Assembly: GCA_964016885.1 (NCBI GenBank)
Contig: OZ024740.1
Location: forward strand, 426,684,001-426,748,000
Reading direction: 5' to 3'
Length of the DNA: 64,000 nt
Origin: Eledone cirrhosa
Taxonomy: Eukaryota
Shown here: piece after piece, positions 25,335 to 40,100 of the stretch
Layout of the letters: every line of letters begins with the position of its first letter
Numbering within the stretch: the stretch's first letter is position 1
The notes under the pieces: generated by a model
Told to the model about the DNA's origin: nothing
Seen by the model: only the letters and a program-made list of their open reading frames with translations
Database searches by the model: none
Program-made: the position numbers and the translations under genes

Positions 25335-25407
25335 GGGGAATTAGCTCAGATGGTAGAGCGCTCGCTTAGCATGCGAGAGGTACCGGGATCGATGCCCGGA
25401 TTCTCCA
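25335..25407 (+). tRNA. tRNA-Ala-AGC: tRNA-Ala(AGC) unit 20
   Basis: Consensus cloverleaf. Confidence 0.97.
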
Positions 25408-26061
25408 TGCGTCAAGATTTCTTTTCAAATATTTTTTTCTTGTTCAAAACTACAGCATCACATGACCTTCTTTTGAGGTTGGCTGTCAGTTGTAATCGAT
25501 AGAAGTGATAACACAATTGGCCCTTTAATTCATAGAGTCTGAAAATAGCACCAGACTATTTCAACCATATATCTATATATATAAAACATAGGAGGTCTGT
25601 TTGTGCAAATCCCTAAAACTCCAGATGTACTCAACTGACTTTTTTCAAACTTTACACATGTGTTACTTATAATACTTGAAGTGCAATAGGCTAGTAGAAA
25701 TTTAACTTTTGATGCGATTTTATCATGTTCAATTATGTAGCATCACGTGACCTTCATTTGAACATGTCTCTCGCTATAGTCAATTGACATAATCACACAA
25801 TTGGTCGTTAAAGTTGAACAACTTGAATATCGTGCAGGAGGATTTAAACCAAATATGTTTTATAAAAGCAAACTCTCACAATGGAAAATACATAGAAATT
25901 GAATCAGTCTAAGAAAATACATATCAAACTTACGATCATTGTCAAATCTGTTAGTAGGGATAATTGAGTATTAATTTTAACTAACCAGTCAAATCGAATT
26001 GGTCAAAGATCTCCGTATGTCATTCACTATATAGATGTATATAACTGTGTGGTTCTCGTGA

Positions 26062-26134
26062 GGGGAATTAGCTCAGATGGTAGAGCGCTCGCTTTGCATG
26101 CGAGAGGTACCGGGATCGACGCCCGGATTCTCCA
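26062..26134 (+). tRNA. tRNA-Ala-TGC: tRNA-Ala(TGC) unit 21
   Basis: Consensus cloverleaf. Confidence 0.97.
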
Positions 26135-26607
26135 AATGTAGGAGTTATATTACTATATATTTTGATGTTTCTACATTTTACAATTTTCTATTATTGTTGT
26201 TGTTTCTGCTGTTGAATGTGATGGATTGGCAGTACCTGTAATCATCAGACAACATGCTTTACAGTATAGACTTATGGCCCTTTACGTTCCGAGTTAAAAT
26301 CGCGCCCATGTCAACTTAAAATAAATTAACAATAACGTACAGGGTATTTCACGGCCTTGTTACAAAAGTAGAAACAATTATTTTTGTTGTTGTTGTTGTT
26401 GTTGTTGTTGTTCTTCTTCTTCTTCTTCTTCTTCTTCTTCTTCTTCTTCTTCTTCTTCTTCTTCTTCACACCACCAGCATCACGTGACCTACCTGTGAGG
26501 AGGGCCGTCAGCAATAGTAATCATAGAACATATAGAATCCGTCCGAGGCCGCCCTTATTATTTACTATATATATATATATATATTGTAGAGAAACAGACT
26601 CATGTGA

Positions 26608-26680
26608 GGGGAATTAGCTCAGATGGTAGAGCGCTCGCTTAGCATGCGAGAGGTACCGGGATCGATGCCAGGATTCTCAA
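26608..26680 (+). tRNA. tRNA-Ala-AGC: tRNA-Ala(AGC) unit 21, C63A+C72A (probably impaired)
   Basis: CCAGG ATTCTCAA. Confidence 0.8.
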
Positions 26681-27332
26681 TGCGTCAAGATTTCTTTTCA
26701 AATATTTTTTCTTCTTCAAAACTACAGCATCACATGACCATCTTTTGAGGTTGGCTGTCTGTTGTAATCGATAGAAGTTGTAACACAATTGGCCCTTAAT
26801 TCGTACAGCCTGAAAATAGCACCAGACTATTTCAACCATATATCTATATATATAAAACATAGGAGGTCTGTTTGTGCAAATCCCTAAAACTCCAGATGTA
26901 CTCAACTGACTTTTTTCAAACTTTACACATATGTTACTTATAATACTTGAAGTGCAATAGGCTAGTAGAAACTTAACTTTTGATGCGATTTTTTCATGTT
27001 CAATTATGTAGCATCACGTGACCTTCATTTGAACATGTCTCTCGCTATAGTCAATTGACATAATCACACAATTGGTCGTTAAAGTTGAACAACTTGAATA
27101 TCGTGCAGGAGGATTTAAACCAAATATGTTTTATAAAAGCAAACTCTCACAATGGAAAATACATAGAAATTGAATCAGTCTAAGAAAATACATATCAAAC
27201 TTACGATCATTGTCTAATCTGTTAGTAGGGATAATTGAGTATTAATTTTAACTAACCAGTCAAATCGAATTGGTCAAAGATCTCCGTGTGTCATTCACTC
27301 TATAGATGTATATAACTGTGTGGTTCTCGTGA

Positions 27333-27405
27333 GGGGAATTAGCTCAGATGGTAGAGCGCTCGCTTTGCATGCGAGAGGTACCGGGATCGACGCCCGGATT
27401 CTCCA
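27333..27405 (+). tRNA. tRNA-Ala-TGC: tRNA-Ala(TGC) unit 22
   Basis: Consensus cloverleaf. Confidence 0.97.
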
Positions 27406-27887
27406 AATGTAGGAGTTATATTACTATATATTTTGATGTTTCTACATTTTACAATTTTCTATTATTGTTGTTGTTTCTGCTGTTGAATGTGATGGATTGG
27501 CAGTACCTGTAATCATCAGACAACATGCTTTACAGTATAGAGTTATGGCCCTTTACGTTCCGAGTTAAAATCGCGCCCATGTCAACTTAAAATAAATTAA
27601 CAATAACGTACTGGGTATTTCACGGCCTTGTTACAAAAGTAGAAACAATTATTTTTGTTGTTGTTGTTGTTGTTGTTCTTGTTGTTCTTCTTCTTCTTCT
27701 TCTTCTTCTTCTTCTTCTTCTTCTTCTTCTTCTTCTTCTTCTTCTTCACACCACCAGCATCACGTGACCTACCTGTGAGGAGGGCCGTCAGCAATAGTAA
27801 TCATAGAACATATAGAATCCGTCCGAGGCCGCCCTTATTATTTACTATATATGTATATATATATTGTAGAGAAACAGACTCATGTGA

Positions 27888-27960
27888 GGGGAATTAGCTC
27901 AGATGGTAGAGCGCTCGCTTAGCATGCGAGAGGTACCGGGATCGATGCCCGGATTCTCCA
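27888..27960 (+). tRNA. tRNA-Ala-AGC: tRNA-Ala(AGC) unit 22
   Basis: Consensus cloverleaf. Confidence 0.97.
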
Positions 27961-28614
27961 TGCGTCAAGATTTCTTTTCAAATATTTTTTTCTTGTTCAA
28001 AACTACAGCATCACATGACCTTCTTTTGAGGTTGGCTGTCTGTTGTAATCGATAGAAGTGATAACACAATTGGCCCTTAAATTCATAGAGTCTGAAAATA
28101 GCACCAGACTATTTCAACCATATATCTATATATATAAAACATAGGAGGTCTGTTTGTGCAAATCCCTAAAACTCCAGATGTACTCAACTGACTTTTTTCA
28201 AACTTTACACATGTGTTACTTATAATACTTGAAGTGCAATAGGCTAGTAGAAATTTAACTTTTGATGCGATTTTATCATGTTCAATTATGTAGCATCACG
28301 TGACCTTCATTTGAACATGTCTCTCGCTATAGTCAATTGACATAATCACACAATTGGTCGTTAAAGTTGAACAACTTGAATATCGTGCAGGAGGATTTAA
28401 ACCAAATATGTTTTATAAAAGCAAACTCTCACAATGGAAAATACATAGAAATTGAATCAGTCTAAGAAAATACATATCAAACTTACGATCATTGTCAAAT
28501 CTGTTAGTAGGGATAATTGAGTATTAATTTTAACTAACCAGTCAAATCGAATTGGTCAAAGATCTCCGTATGTCATTCACTATATAGATGTATATAACTG
28601 TGTGGTTCTCCTGA

Positions 28615-28687
28615 GGGGAATTAGCTCAGATGGTAGAGCGCTCGCTTTGCATGCGAGAGGTACCGGGATCAACGCCCGGATTCTCCA
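28615..28687 (+). tRNA. tRNA-Ala-TGC: tRNA-Ala(TGC) unit 23, A57
   Basis: T loop ATCAACG. Confidence 0.95.
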
Positions 28688-29157
28688 AATGTAGGAGTTA
28701 TATTACTATATATTTTGATGTTTCTACATTTTACAATTTTCTATTATTGTTGTTGTTTCTGCTGTTGAATGTGATGGATTGGCAGTACCTGTAATCATCA
28801 GACAACATGCTTTACAGTATAGAGTTATGGCCCTTTACGTTCCGAGTTAAAATCGCGCCCATGTCAACTTAAAATAAATTAACAATAACGTACAGGGTAT
28901 TTCACGGCCTTGTTACAAAAGTAGAAACAATTATTTTTGTTGTTGTTGTTGTTGTTGTTCTTGTTCTTCTTCTTCTTCTTCTTCTTCTTCTTCTTCTTCT
29001 TCTTCTTCTTCTTCTTCACACCACCAGCATCACGTGACCTACCTGTGAGGAGGGCCGTCAGCAATAGTAATCATAGAACATATAGAATCCGTCCGAGGCC
29101 GCCCTTATTATTTACTATATATGTATATATATATTGTAGAGAAACAGACTCATGTGA

Positions 29158-29230
29158 GGGGAATTAGCTCAGATGGTAGAGCGCTCGCTTAGCATGCGAG
29201 AGGTACCGGGATCGATGCCCGGATTCTCCA
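29158..29230 (+). tRNA. tRNA-Ala-AGC: tRNA-Ala(AGC) unit 23
   Basis: Consensus cloverleaf. Confidence 0.97.
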
Positions 29231-29884
29231 TGCGTCAAGATTTCTTTTCAAATATTTTTTTCTTGTTCAAAACTACAGCATCACATGACCTTCTTTTGAG
29301 GTTGGCTGTCAGTTGTAATCGATAGAAGTGATAACACAATTGGCCCTTAAATTCATAGAGTCTGAAAATAGCACCAGACTATTTCAACCATATATCTATA
29401 TATATAAAACATAGGAGGTCTGTTTGTGCAAATCCCTAAAACTCCAGATGTACTCAACTGACTTTTTTCAAACTTTACACATGTGTTACTTATAATACTT
29501 GAAGTGCAATAGGCTAGTAGAAATTTAACTTTTGATGCGATTTTATCATGTTCAATTATGTAGCATCACGTGACCTTCATTTGAACATGTCTCTCGCTAT
29601 AGTCAATTGACATAATCACACAATTGGTCGTTAAAGTTGAACAACTTGAATATCGTGCAGGAGGATTTAAACCAAATATGTTTTATAAAAGCAAACTCTC
29701 ACAATGGAAAATACATAGAAATTGAATCAGTCTAAGAAAATACATATCAAACTTACGATCATTGTCAAATCTGTTAGTAGGGATAATTGAGTATTAATTT
29801 TAACTAACCAGTCAAATCGAATTGGTCAAAGATCTCCGTATGTCATTCACTATATAGATGTATATAACTGTGTGGTTCTCCTGA

Positions 29885-29957
29885 GGGGAATTAGCTCAGA
29901 TGGTAGAGCGCTCGCTTTGCATGCGAGAGGTACCGGGATCGACGCCCGGATTCTCCA
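29885..29957 (+). tRNA. tRNA-Ala-TGC: tRNA-Ala(TGC) unit 24
   Basis: Consensus cloverleaf. Confidence 0.97.
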
Positions 29958-30200
29958 AATGTAGGAGTTATATTACTATATATTTTGATGTTTCTACATT
30001 TTACAATTTTCTATTATTGTTGTTGTTTCTGCTGTTGAATGTGATGGATTGGCAGTACCTGTAATCATCAGACAACATGCTTTACAGTATAGACTTATGG
30101 CCCTTTACGTTCCGAGTTAAAATCGCGCCCATGTCAACTTAAAATAAATTAACAATAATGTACTGGGTATTTCACGGCCTTGTTCCAAAAGTAAAAACAA

Positions 30201-31473
<1,273 letters not shown>

Positions 31474-31615
31474 TCACACCACCAGCATCACGTGACCTAC
31501 CTGTGAGGAGGGCCGTCAGCAATATTAATCATAGAACATATAGAATCCGTCCGAGGCCGCCCTTATTATTTACTATATATGTATATATATATTGTAGAGA
31601 AACAGACTCATGTGA

Positions 31616-31688
31616 GGGGAATTAGCTCAGATGGTAGAGCGCTCGCTTAGCATGCGAGAGGTACCGGGATCGATGCCCGGATTCTCCA
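31616..31688 (+). tRNA. tRNA-Ala-AGC: tRNA-Ala(AGC) unit 24
   Basis: Consensus cloverleaf. Confidence 0.97.
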
Positions 31689-32341
31689 TGCGTCAAGATT
31701 TCGTTTCAAATATTTTTTTCTTGTTCAAAACTACAGCATCACATGACCTTCTTTTGAGGTTGGCTGTCAGTTGTAATCGATAGAAGTGATAACACAATTG
31801 GCCCTTAATTCGTACAGCCTGAAAATAGCACCAGACTATTTCAACCATATATCTATATATATAAAATATAGGAGGTCTGTTTGAACAAATCCCTAAAACT
31901 CCAGATGTACTCGACTGACTTTTTTCAAACTTTACACATGTGTTACTTATAATACTTGAAGTGCAATAGGCTAGTAGAAATTTAACTTTTGATGTTATTT
32001 TTTCATGTTCAATTATGTAGCATCACGTGACCTTCATTTGAACATGTCTCTCGCTATAGTCAATTGACATAATCACACAATTGGTCGTTAAAGTTGAACA
32101 ACTTGAATATCGTGCAGGAGGATTTGAACCAAATATGTTTTATAAAAGCAAACTCTCACAATGGAAAATACATAGAAATTGAATCAGTCTAAGAAAATAC
32201 TTATCAAACTTACGATCATTGTCAAATCTGTTAGTAGGGAAAATTCAGTATTAATTTTAACTAACCAGTCAAATCGAATTGGTCAAAGATCTCCGTATGT
32301 CATTCACTATATAGATGTATATAACTGTGTGGTTCTCGTGA

Positions 32342-32414
32342 GGGGAATTAGCTCAGATGGTAGAGCGCTCGCTTTGCATGCGAGAGGTACCGGGATCAAC
32401 GCCCGGATTCTCCA
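32342..32414 (+). tRNA. tRNA-Ala-TGC: tRNA-Ala(TGC) unit 25, A57
   Basis: T loop ATCAACG. Confidence 0.95.
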
Positions 32415-32895
32415 AATGTAGGAGTTATATTACTATATATTTTGATGTTTCTACATTTTACAATTTTCTATTATTGTTGTTGTTTTTGCTGTTGAATGTG
32501 ATGGATTGGCAGTATCTGTAATCATCAGAAAACAAGCTTTACAGTATAGAGTTATGGCCCTTTACGTTCCGAGTTAAAATCGCGCACATGTCAACTTAAA
32601 ATAAATTAACAATAACGTACAGGGTATTTCACGGCCTTGTTACAAAAGTAGAAACAATTATTTTTGTTGTTGTTGTTGTTGTTGTTGTTCTTCTTCTTCT
32701 TCTTCTTCTTCTTCTTCTTCTTCTTCTTCTTCTTCTTCTTCTTCTTCTTCTTCACACCACCAGCATCACGTGACCTACCTGTTAGGAGGGCCGTCAGCAA
32801 TAGTAATCATAGAACATATAGAATCCGTCCGAGGCCGCCCTTATTATTTACTATATATATATATATATATATTGTAGAGAAACAGACTCATGTGA

Positions 32896-32968
32896 GGGGA
32901 ATTAGCTCAGATGGTAGAGCGCTCGCTTAGCATGCGAGAGGTACGGGGATCGATGCCAGGATTCTCCA
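32896..32968 (+). tRNA. tRNA-Ala-AGC: tRNA-Ala(AGC) unit 25, C50G+C63A
   Basis: T stem CGGGG/CCAGG, same as unit 17. Confidence 0.8.
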
Positions 32969-33620
32969 TGCATCAAGATTTCTTTTCAAATATTTTTTCT
33001 TCTTCAAAACTACAGCATCACATGACCATCTTTTGAGGTTGGCTGTCTGTTGTAATCGATAGAAGTTGTAACACAATTGGCCCTTAATTCGTACAGCCTG
33101 AAAATAGCACCAGACTATTTCAACCATATATCTATATATATAAAATATAGGAGGTCTGTTTGTGCAAATCCCTAAAACTCCAGATGTACTCGACTGACTT
33201 TTTTCAAACTTTACACATATGTTACTTATAATACTTGAAGTGCAATAGGCTAGTAGAAATTTAACTTTTGATGCGATTTTTTCATGTTCAATTATGTAGC
33301 ATCACGTGACCTTCATTTGAACATGTCTCTCGCTATAGTCAATTGACATAATCACACAATTGGTCGTTAAAGTTGAACAACTTGAATATCGTGCAGGAGG
33401 ATTTAAACCAAATATGTTTTATAAAAGCAAACTCTCACAATGGAAAATACATAGAAATTGAATCAGTCTAAGAAAATACATATCAAACTTACGATCATTG
33501 TCAAATCTGTTAGTAGGGATAATTGAGTATTAATTTTAACTAACCAGTCAAATCGAATTGGTCAAAGATCTCCGTATGTCATTCACTATATAGATGTATA
33601 TAACTGTGTGGTTCTCGTGA

Positions 33621-33693
33621 GGGGAATTAGCTCAGATGGTAGAGCGCTCGCTTTGCATGCGAGAGGTACCGGGATCAACGCCCGGATTCTCCA
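33621..33693 (+). tRNA. tRNA-Ala-TGC: tRNA-Ala(TGC) unit 26, A57
   Basis: T loop ATCAACG. Confidence 0.95.
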
Positions 33694-34166
33694 AATGTAG
33701 GAGTTATATTACTATATATTTTGATGTTTCTACATTTTACAATTTTCTATTATTGTTGTTGTTTCTGCTGTTGAATGTGATGGATTGGCAGTACCTGTAA
33801 TCATCAGACAACATGCTTTACAGTATAGAGTTATGGCCCTTTACGTTCCGAGTTAAAATCGCGCCCATGTCAACTTAAAATAAATTAACAATAACGTACA
33901 GGGTATTTCACGGCCTTGTTACAAAAGTAGAAACAATTATTTTTGTTGTTGTTGTTGTTGTTGTTCTTGTTCTTCTTCTTCTTCTTCTTCTTCTTCTTCT
34001 TCTTCTTCTTCTTCTTCTTCTTCTTCACACCACCAGCATCACGTGACCTACCTGTGAGGAGGGCCGTCAGCAATAGTAATCATAGAACATATAGAATCCG
34101 TCCGAGGCCGCCCTTATTATTTACTATATATGTATATATATATTGTAGAGAAACAGACTCATGTGA

Positions 34167-34239
34167 GGGGAATTAGCTCAGATGGTAGAGCGCTCGCTTA
34201 GCATGCGAGAGGTACCGGGATCGATGCCCGGATTCTCCA
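34167..34239 (+). tRNA. tRNA-Ala-AGC: tRNA-Ala(AGC) unit 26
   Basis: Consensus cloverleaf. Confidence 0.97.
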
Positions 34240-34893
34240 TGCGTCAAGATTTCTTTTCAAATATTTTTTTCTTGTTCAAAACTACAGCATCACATGACCT
34301 TCTTTTGAGGTTGGCTGTCAGTTGTAATCGATAGAAGTGATAACACAATTGGCCCTTAAATTCATAGAGTCTGAAAATAGCACCAGACTATTTCAACCAT
34401 ATATCTATATATATAAAACATAGGAGGTCTGTTTGTGCAAATCCCTAAAACTCCAGATGTACTCAACTGACTTTTTTCAAACTTTACACATGTGTTACTT
34501 ATAATACTTGAAGTGCAATAGGCTAGTAGAAATTTAACTTTTGATGCGATTTTATCATGTTCAATTATGTAGCATCACGTGACCTTCATTTGAACATGTC
34601 TCTCGCTATAGTCAATTGACATAATCACACAATTGGTCGTTAAAGTTGAACAACTTGAATATCGTGCAGGAGGATTTAAACCAAATATGTTTTATAAAAG
34701 CAAACTCTCACAATGGAAAATACATAGAAATTGAATCAGTCTAAGAAAATACATATCAAACTTACGATCATTGTCAAATCTGTTAGTAGGGATAATTGAG
34801 TATTAATTTTAACTAACCAGTCAAATCGAATTGGTCAAAGATCTCCGTATGTCATTCACTATATAGATGTATATAACTGTGTGGTTCTCGTGA

Positions 34894-34966
34894 GGGGAAT
34901 TAGCTCAGATGGTAGAGCGCTCGCTTTGCATGCGAGAGGTACCGGGATCGACGCCCGGATTCTCCA
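34894..34966 (+). tRNA. tRNA-Ala-TGC: tRNA-Ala(TGC) unit 27
   Basis: Consensus cloverleaf. Confidence 0.97.
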
Positions 34967-35448
34967 AATGTAGGAGTTATATTACTATATATTTTGATGT
35001 TTCTACATTTTACAATTTTCTATTATTGTTGTTGTTTCTGCTGTTGAATGTGATGGATTGGCAGTATCTGTAATCATCAGAAAACATGCTTTACAGTATA
35101 GAGTTATGGCCCTTTACGTTCCGAGTTTAAATCGCGCCCATGTCAACTTAAAATAAATTAACAATAATGTACTGGGTATTTCACGGCCTTGTTACAAAAG
35201 TAGAAACAATTATTTTTGTTGTTGTTGTTGTTGTTGTTCTTCTTCTTCTTCTTCTTCTTCTTCTTCTTCTTCTTCTTCTTCTTCTTCTTCTTCTTCTTCT
35301 TCTTCTTCACACCACCAGCATCACGTGACCTACCTGTGAGGAGGGCCGTCAGCAATAGTAATCATAGAACATATAGAATCCGTCCGAGGCCGCCCTTATT
35401 ATTTACTATATATATATATATATATTGTAGAGAAACAGACTCATGTGA

Positions 35449-35521
35449 GGGGAATTAGCTCAGATGGTAGAGCGCTCGCTTAGCATGCGAGAGGTACCGG
35501 GATCGATGCCAGGATTCTCCC
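35449..35521 (+). tRNA. tRNA-Ala-AGC: tRNA-Ala(AGC) unit 27, C63A and A73C
   Basis: CCAGG ATTCTCCC. Confidence 0.82.
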
Positions 35522-36173
35522 TGCGTCAAGATTTCTTTTCAAATATTTTTTCTTCTTCAAAACTACAGCATCACATGACCATCTTTTGAGGTTGGCTGTC
35601 TGTTGTAATCGATAGAAGTTGTAACACAATTGGCCCTTAATTCGTACAGCCTGAAAATAGCACCAGACTATTTCAACCATATATCTATATATATAAAACA
35701 TAGGAGGTCTGTTTGTGCAAATCCCTAAAACTCCAGATGTACTCAACTGACTTTTTTCAAACTTTACACATATGTTACTTATAATACTTGAAGTGCAATA
35801 GGCTAGTAGAAATTTAACTTTTGATGCGATTTTTTCATGTTCAATTATGTAGCATCACGTGACCTTCATTTGAACATGTCTCTCGCTATAGTCAATTGAC
35901 ATAATCACACAATTGGTCGTTAAAGTTGAACAACTTGAATATCGTGCAGGAGGATTTAAACCAAATATGTTTTATAAAAGCAAACTCTCACAATGGAAAA
36001 TACATAGAAATTGAATCAGTCTAAGAAAATACATATCAAACTTACGATCATTGTCTAATCTGTTAGTAGGGATAATTGAGTATTAATTTTAACTAACCAG
36101 TCAAATCGAATTGGTCAAAGATCTCCGTGTGTCATTCACTCTATAGATGTATATAACTGTGTGGTTCTCGTGA

Positions 36174-36246
36174 GGGGAATTAGCTCAGATGGTAGAGCGC
36201 TCGCTTTGCATGCGAGAGGTACCGGGATCGACGCCCGGATTCTCCA
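36174..36246 (+). tRNA. tRNA-Ala-TGC: tRNA-Ala(TGC) unit 28
   Basis: Consensus cloverleaf. Confidence 0.97.
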
Positions 36247-36731
36247 AATGTAGGAGTTATATTACTATATATTTTGATGTTTCTACATTTTACAATTTTC
36301 TATTATTGTTGTTGTTTCTGCTGTTGAATGTGATGGATTGGCAGTACCTGTAATCATCAGACAACATGCTTTACAGTATAGAGTTATGGCCCTTTACGTT
36401 CCGAGTTAAAATCGCGCCCATGTCAACTTAAAATAAATTAACAATAACGTACTGGGTATTTCACGGCCTTGTTACAAAAGTAGAAACAATTATTTTTGTT
36501 GTTGTTGTTCTTGTTCTTCTTGTTCTTCTTCTTCTTCTTCTTCTTCTTCTTCTTCTTCTTCTTCTTCTTCTTCTTCTTCTTCTTCTTCTTCACACCACCA
36601 GCATCACGTGACCTACCTGTGAGGAGGGCCGTCAGCAATAGTAATCATAGAACATATAGAATCCGTCCGAGGCCGCCCTTATTATTTACTATATATGTAT
36701 ATATATATTGTAGAGAAACAGACTCATGTGA

Positions 36732-36804
36732 GGGGAATTAGCTCAGATGGTAGAGCGCTCGCTTAGCATGCGAGAGGTACCGGGATCGATGCCCGGATTC
36801 TCCA
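36732..36804 (+). tRNA. tRNA-Ala-AGC: tRNA-Ala(AGC) unit 28
   Basis: Consensus cloverleaf. Confidence 0.97.
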
Positions 36805-37458
36805 TGCGTCAAGATTTCTTTTCAAATATTTTTTTCTTGTTCAAAACTACAGCATCACATGACCTTCTTTTGAGGTTGGCTGTCTGTTGTAATCGATAGA
36901 AGTGATAACACAATTGGCCCTTAAATTCATAGAGTCTGAAAATAGCACCAGACTATTTCAACCATATATCTATATATATAAAACATAGGAGGTCTGTTTG
37001 TGCAAATCCCTAAAACTCCAGATGTACTCAACTGACTTTTTTCAAACTTTACACATGTGTTACTTATAATACTTGAAGTGCAATAGGCTAGTAGAAATTT
37101 AACTTTTGATGCGATTTTATCATGTTCAATTATGTAGCATCACGTGACCTTCATTTGAACATGTCTCTCGCTATAGTCAATTGACATAATCACACAATTG
37201 GTCGTTAAAGTTGAACAACTTGAATATCGTGCAGGAGGATTTAAACCAAATATGTTTTATAAAAGCAAACTCTCACAATGGAAAATACATAGAAATTGAA
37301 TCAGTCTAAGAAAATACATATCAAACTTACGATCATTGTCAAATCTGTTAGTAGGGATAATTGAGTATTAATTTTAACTAACCAGTCAAATCGAATTGGT
37401 CAAAGATCTCCGTATGTCATTCACTATATAGATGTATATAACTGTGTGGTTCTCGTGA

Positions 37459-37531
37459 GGGGAATTAGCTCAGATGGTAGAGCGCTCGCTTTGCATGCGA
37501 GAGGTACCGGGATCGACGCCCCGATTCTCCA
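37459..37531 (+). tRNA. tRNA-Ala-TGC: tRNA-Ala(TGC) unit 29, G64C
   Basis: 3' T stem CCCCG. Confidence 0.88.
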
Positions 37532-38021
37532 AATGTAGGAGTTATATTACTATATATTTTGATGTTTCTACATTTTACAATTTTCTATTATTGTTGTTGT
37601 TTCTGCTGATGAATGTGATGGATTGGCAGTACCTGTAATCATCAGACAACATGCTTTACAGTATAGACTTATGGCCCTTTACGTTCCGAGTTAAAATCGC
37701 GCCCATGTCAACTTAAAATAAATTAACAATAACGTACTGGGTATTTCACGGCCTTGTTCCAAAATTAGAAACAATTTTTTTGTTGTTGTTGTTGTTGTTC
37801 TTCTTCTTCTTCTTCTTCTTCTTCTTCTTCTTCTTCTTCTTCTTCTTCTTCTTCTTCTTCTTCTTCTTCTTCTTCTTCTTCACACCACCAGCATCACGTG
37901 ACCTACCTGTGAGGAGGGCCGTCAGCAATAGTAATCATAGAACATATAGAATCCGTCCGAGGCCGCCCTTATTATTTACTATATATGTATATATATATTG
38001 TAGAGAAACAGACTCATGTGA

Positions 38022-38094
38022 AGGGAATTATCTCAGATGGTAGAGCGCTCGCTTAGCATGCTAGAGGTACCGGGATCGATGCCCGGGTTCTCCA
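38022..38094 (+). pseudogene. tRNA-Ala-AGC: tRNA-Ala(AGC) unit 29 with G1A, G10T, G41T, A66G
   Basis: AGGGAATTATCTCAG...CATGCTAG...CCCGGGTTCTCCA; acceptor, D and anticodon stems are all hit. Confidence 0.8.
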
Positions 38095-38748
38095 TGCGTC
38101 AAGATTTCTTTTCAAATATTTTTTTCTTGTTCAAAACTACAGCATCACATGACCTTCTTTTGAGGTTGGCTGTCAGTTGTAATCGATAGAAGTGATAACA
38201 CAATTGGCCCTTAAATTCATAGAGCCTGAAAATAGCACCAGACTATTTCAACCATATATCTATATATATAAAATATAGGAGGTCTGTTTGTGCAAATCCC
38301 TAAAACTCCAGATGTACTCAACTGACTTTTTTCAAACTTTACACATATGTTACTTATAATACTTGAAGTGCAATAGGCTAGTAGAAATTTAACTTTTGAT
38401 GCGATTTTTTCATGTTCAATTATGTAGCATCACGTGACCTTCATTTGAACATGTCTCTCGCTATAGTCAATTGACATAATCACACAATTGGTCGTTAAAG
38501 TTGAACAACTTGAATATCGTGCAGGAGGATTTAAACCAAATATGTTTTATAAAAGCAAACTCTCACAATGGAAAATACATAGAAATTGAATCAGTCTAAG
38601 AAAATACATATCAAACTTACGATCATTGTCAAATCTGTTAGTAGGGATAATTGAGTATTAATTTTAACTAACCAGTCAAATCGAATTGGTCAAAGATCTC
38701 CGTATGTCATTCACTATATAGATGTATATAACTGTGTGGTTCTCGTGA

Positions 38749-38821
38749 GGGGAATTAGCGCAGATGGTAGAGCGCTCGCTTTGCATGCGAGAGGTACCGG
38801 GATCGACGCCCGGATTCTCCA
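38749..38821 (+). tRNA. tRNA-Ala-TGC: tRNA-Ala(TGC) unit 30, T12G D-stem mismatch
   Basis: TAGCGCAGATGG. Confidence 0.85.
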
Positions 38822-39300
38822 AATGTAGGAGTTATATTACTATATATTTTGATGTTTCTACATTTTACAATTTTCTATTATTGTTGTTGTTTCTGCTGTT
38901 GAATGTGATGGATTGGCAGTATCTGTAATCATCAGAAAACATGCTTTACAGTATAGAGTTATGGCCCTTTACGTTCCGAGTTTAAATCGCGCCCATGTCA
39001 ACTTAAAATAAATTAACAATAATGTACTGGGTATTTCACGGCCTTGTTCCAAAAGTAAAAACAATTATTTTTGTTGTTGTTGTTCTTGTTCTTCTTGTTC
39101 TTCTTCTTCTTCTTCTTCTTCTTCTTCTTCTTCTTCTTCTTCTTCTTCTTCTTCTTCTTCACACCACCAGCATCACGTGACCTACCTGTGAGGAGGGCCG
39201 TCAGCAATAGTAATCATAGAACATATAGAATCCGTCCGAGGCCGCCCTTATTATTTACTATATATGTATATATATATTGTAGAGAAACAGACTCATGTGA

Positions 39301-39373
39301 GGGGAATTAGCTCAGATGGTAGAGCGCTCGCTTAGCATGCGAGAGGTACCGGGATCGATGCCCGGATTCTCCA
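39301..39373 (+). tRNA. tRNA-Ala-AGC: tRNA-Ala(AGC) unit 30
   Basis: Consensus cloverleaf. Confidence 0.97.
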
Positions 39374-40027
39374 TGCGTCAAGATTTCTTTTCAAATATTT
39401 TTTTCTTGTTCAAAACTACAGCATCACATGACCTTCTTTTGAGGTTGGCTGTCTGTTGTAATCGATAGAAGTGATAACACAATTGGCCCTTAAATTCATA
39501 GAGTCTGAAAATAGCACCAGACTATTTCAACCATATATCTATATATATAAAACATAGGAGGTCTGTTTGTGCAAATCCCTAAAACTCCAGATGTACTCAA
39601 CTGACTTTTTTCAAACTTTACACATGTGTTACTTATAATACTTGAAGTGCAATAGGCTAGTAGAAATTTAACTTTTGATGCGATTTTATCATGTTCAATT
39701 ATGTAGCATCACGTGACCTTCATTTGAACATGTCTCTCGCTATAGTCAATTGACATAATCACACAATTGGTCGTTAAAGTTGAACAACTTGAATATCGTG
39801 CAGGAGGATTTAAACCAAATATGTTTTATAAAAGCAAACTCTCACAATGGAAAATACATAGAAATTGAATCAGTCTAAGAAAATACATATCAAACTTACG
39901 ATCATTGTCAAATCTGTTAGTAGGGATAATTGAGTATTAATTTTAACTAACCAGTCAAATCGAATTGGTCAAAGATCTCCGTATGTCATTCACTATATAG
40001 ATGTATATAACTGTGTGGTTCTCGTGA

Positions 40028-40100
40028 GGGGAATTAGCTCAGATGGTAGAGCGCTCGCTTTGCATGCGAGAGGTACCGGGATCGACGCCCCGATTCTCCA
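40028..40100 (+). tRNA. tRNA-Ala-TGC: tRNA-Ala(TGC) unit 31, G64C
   Basis: 3' T stem CCCCG. Confidence 0.88.
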
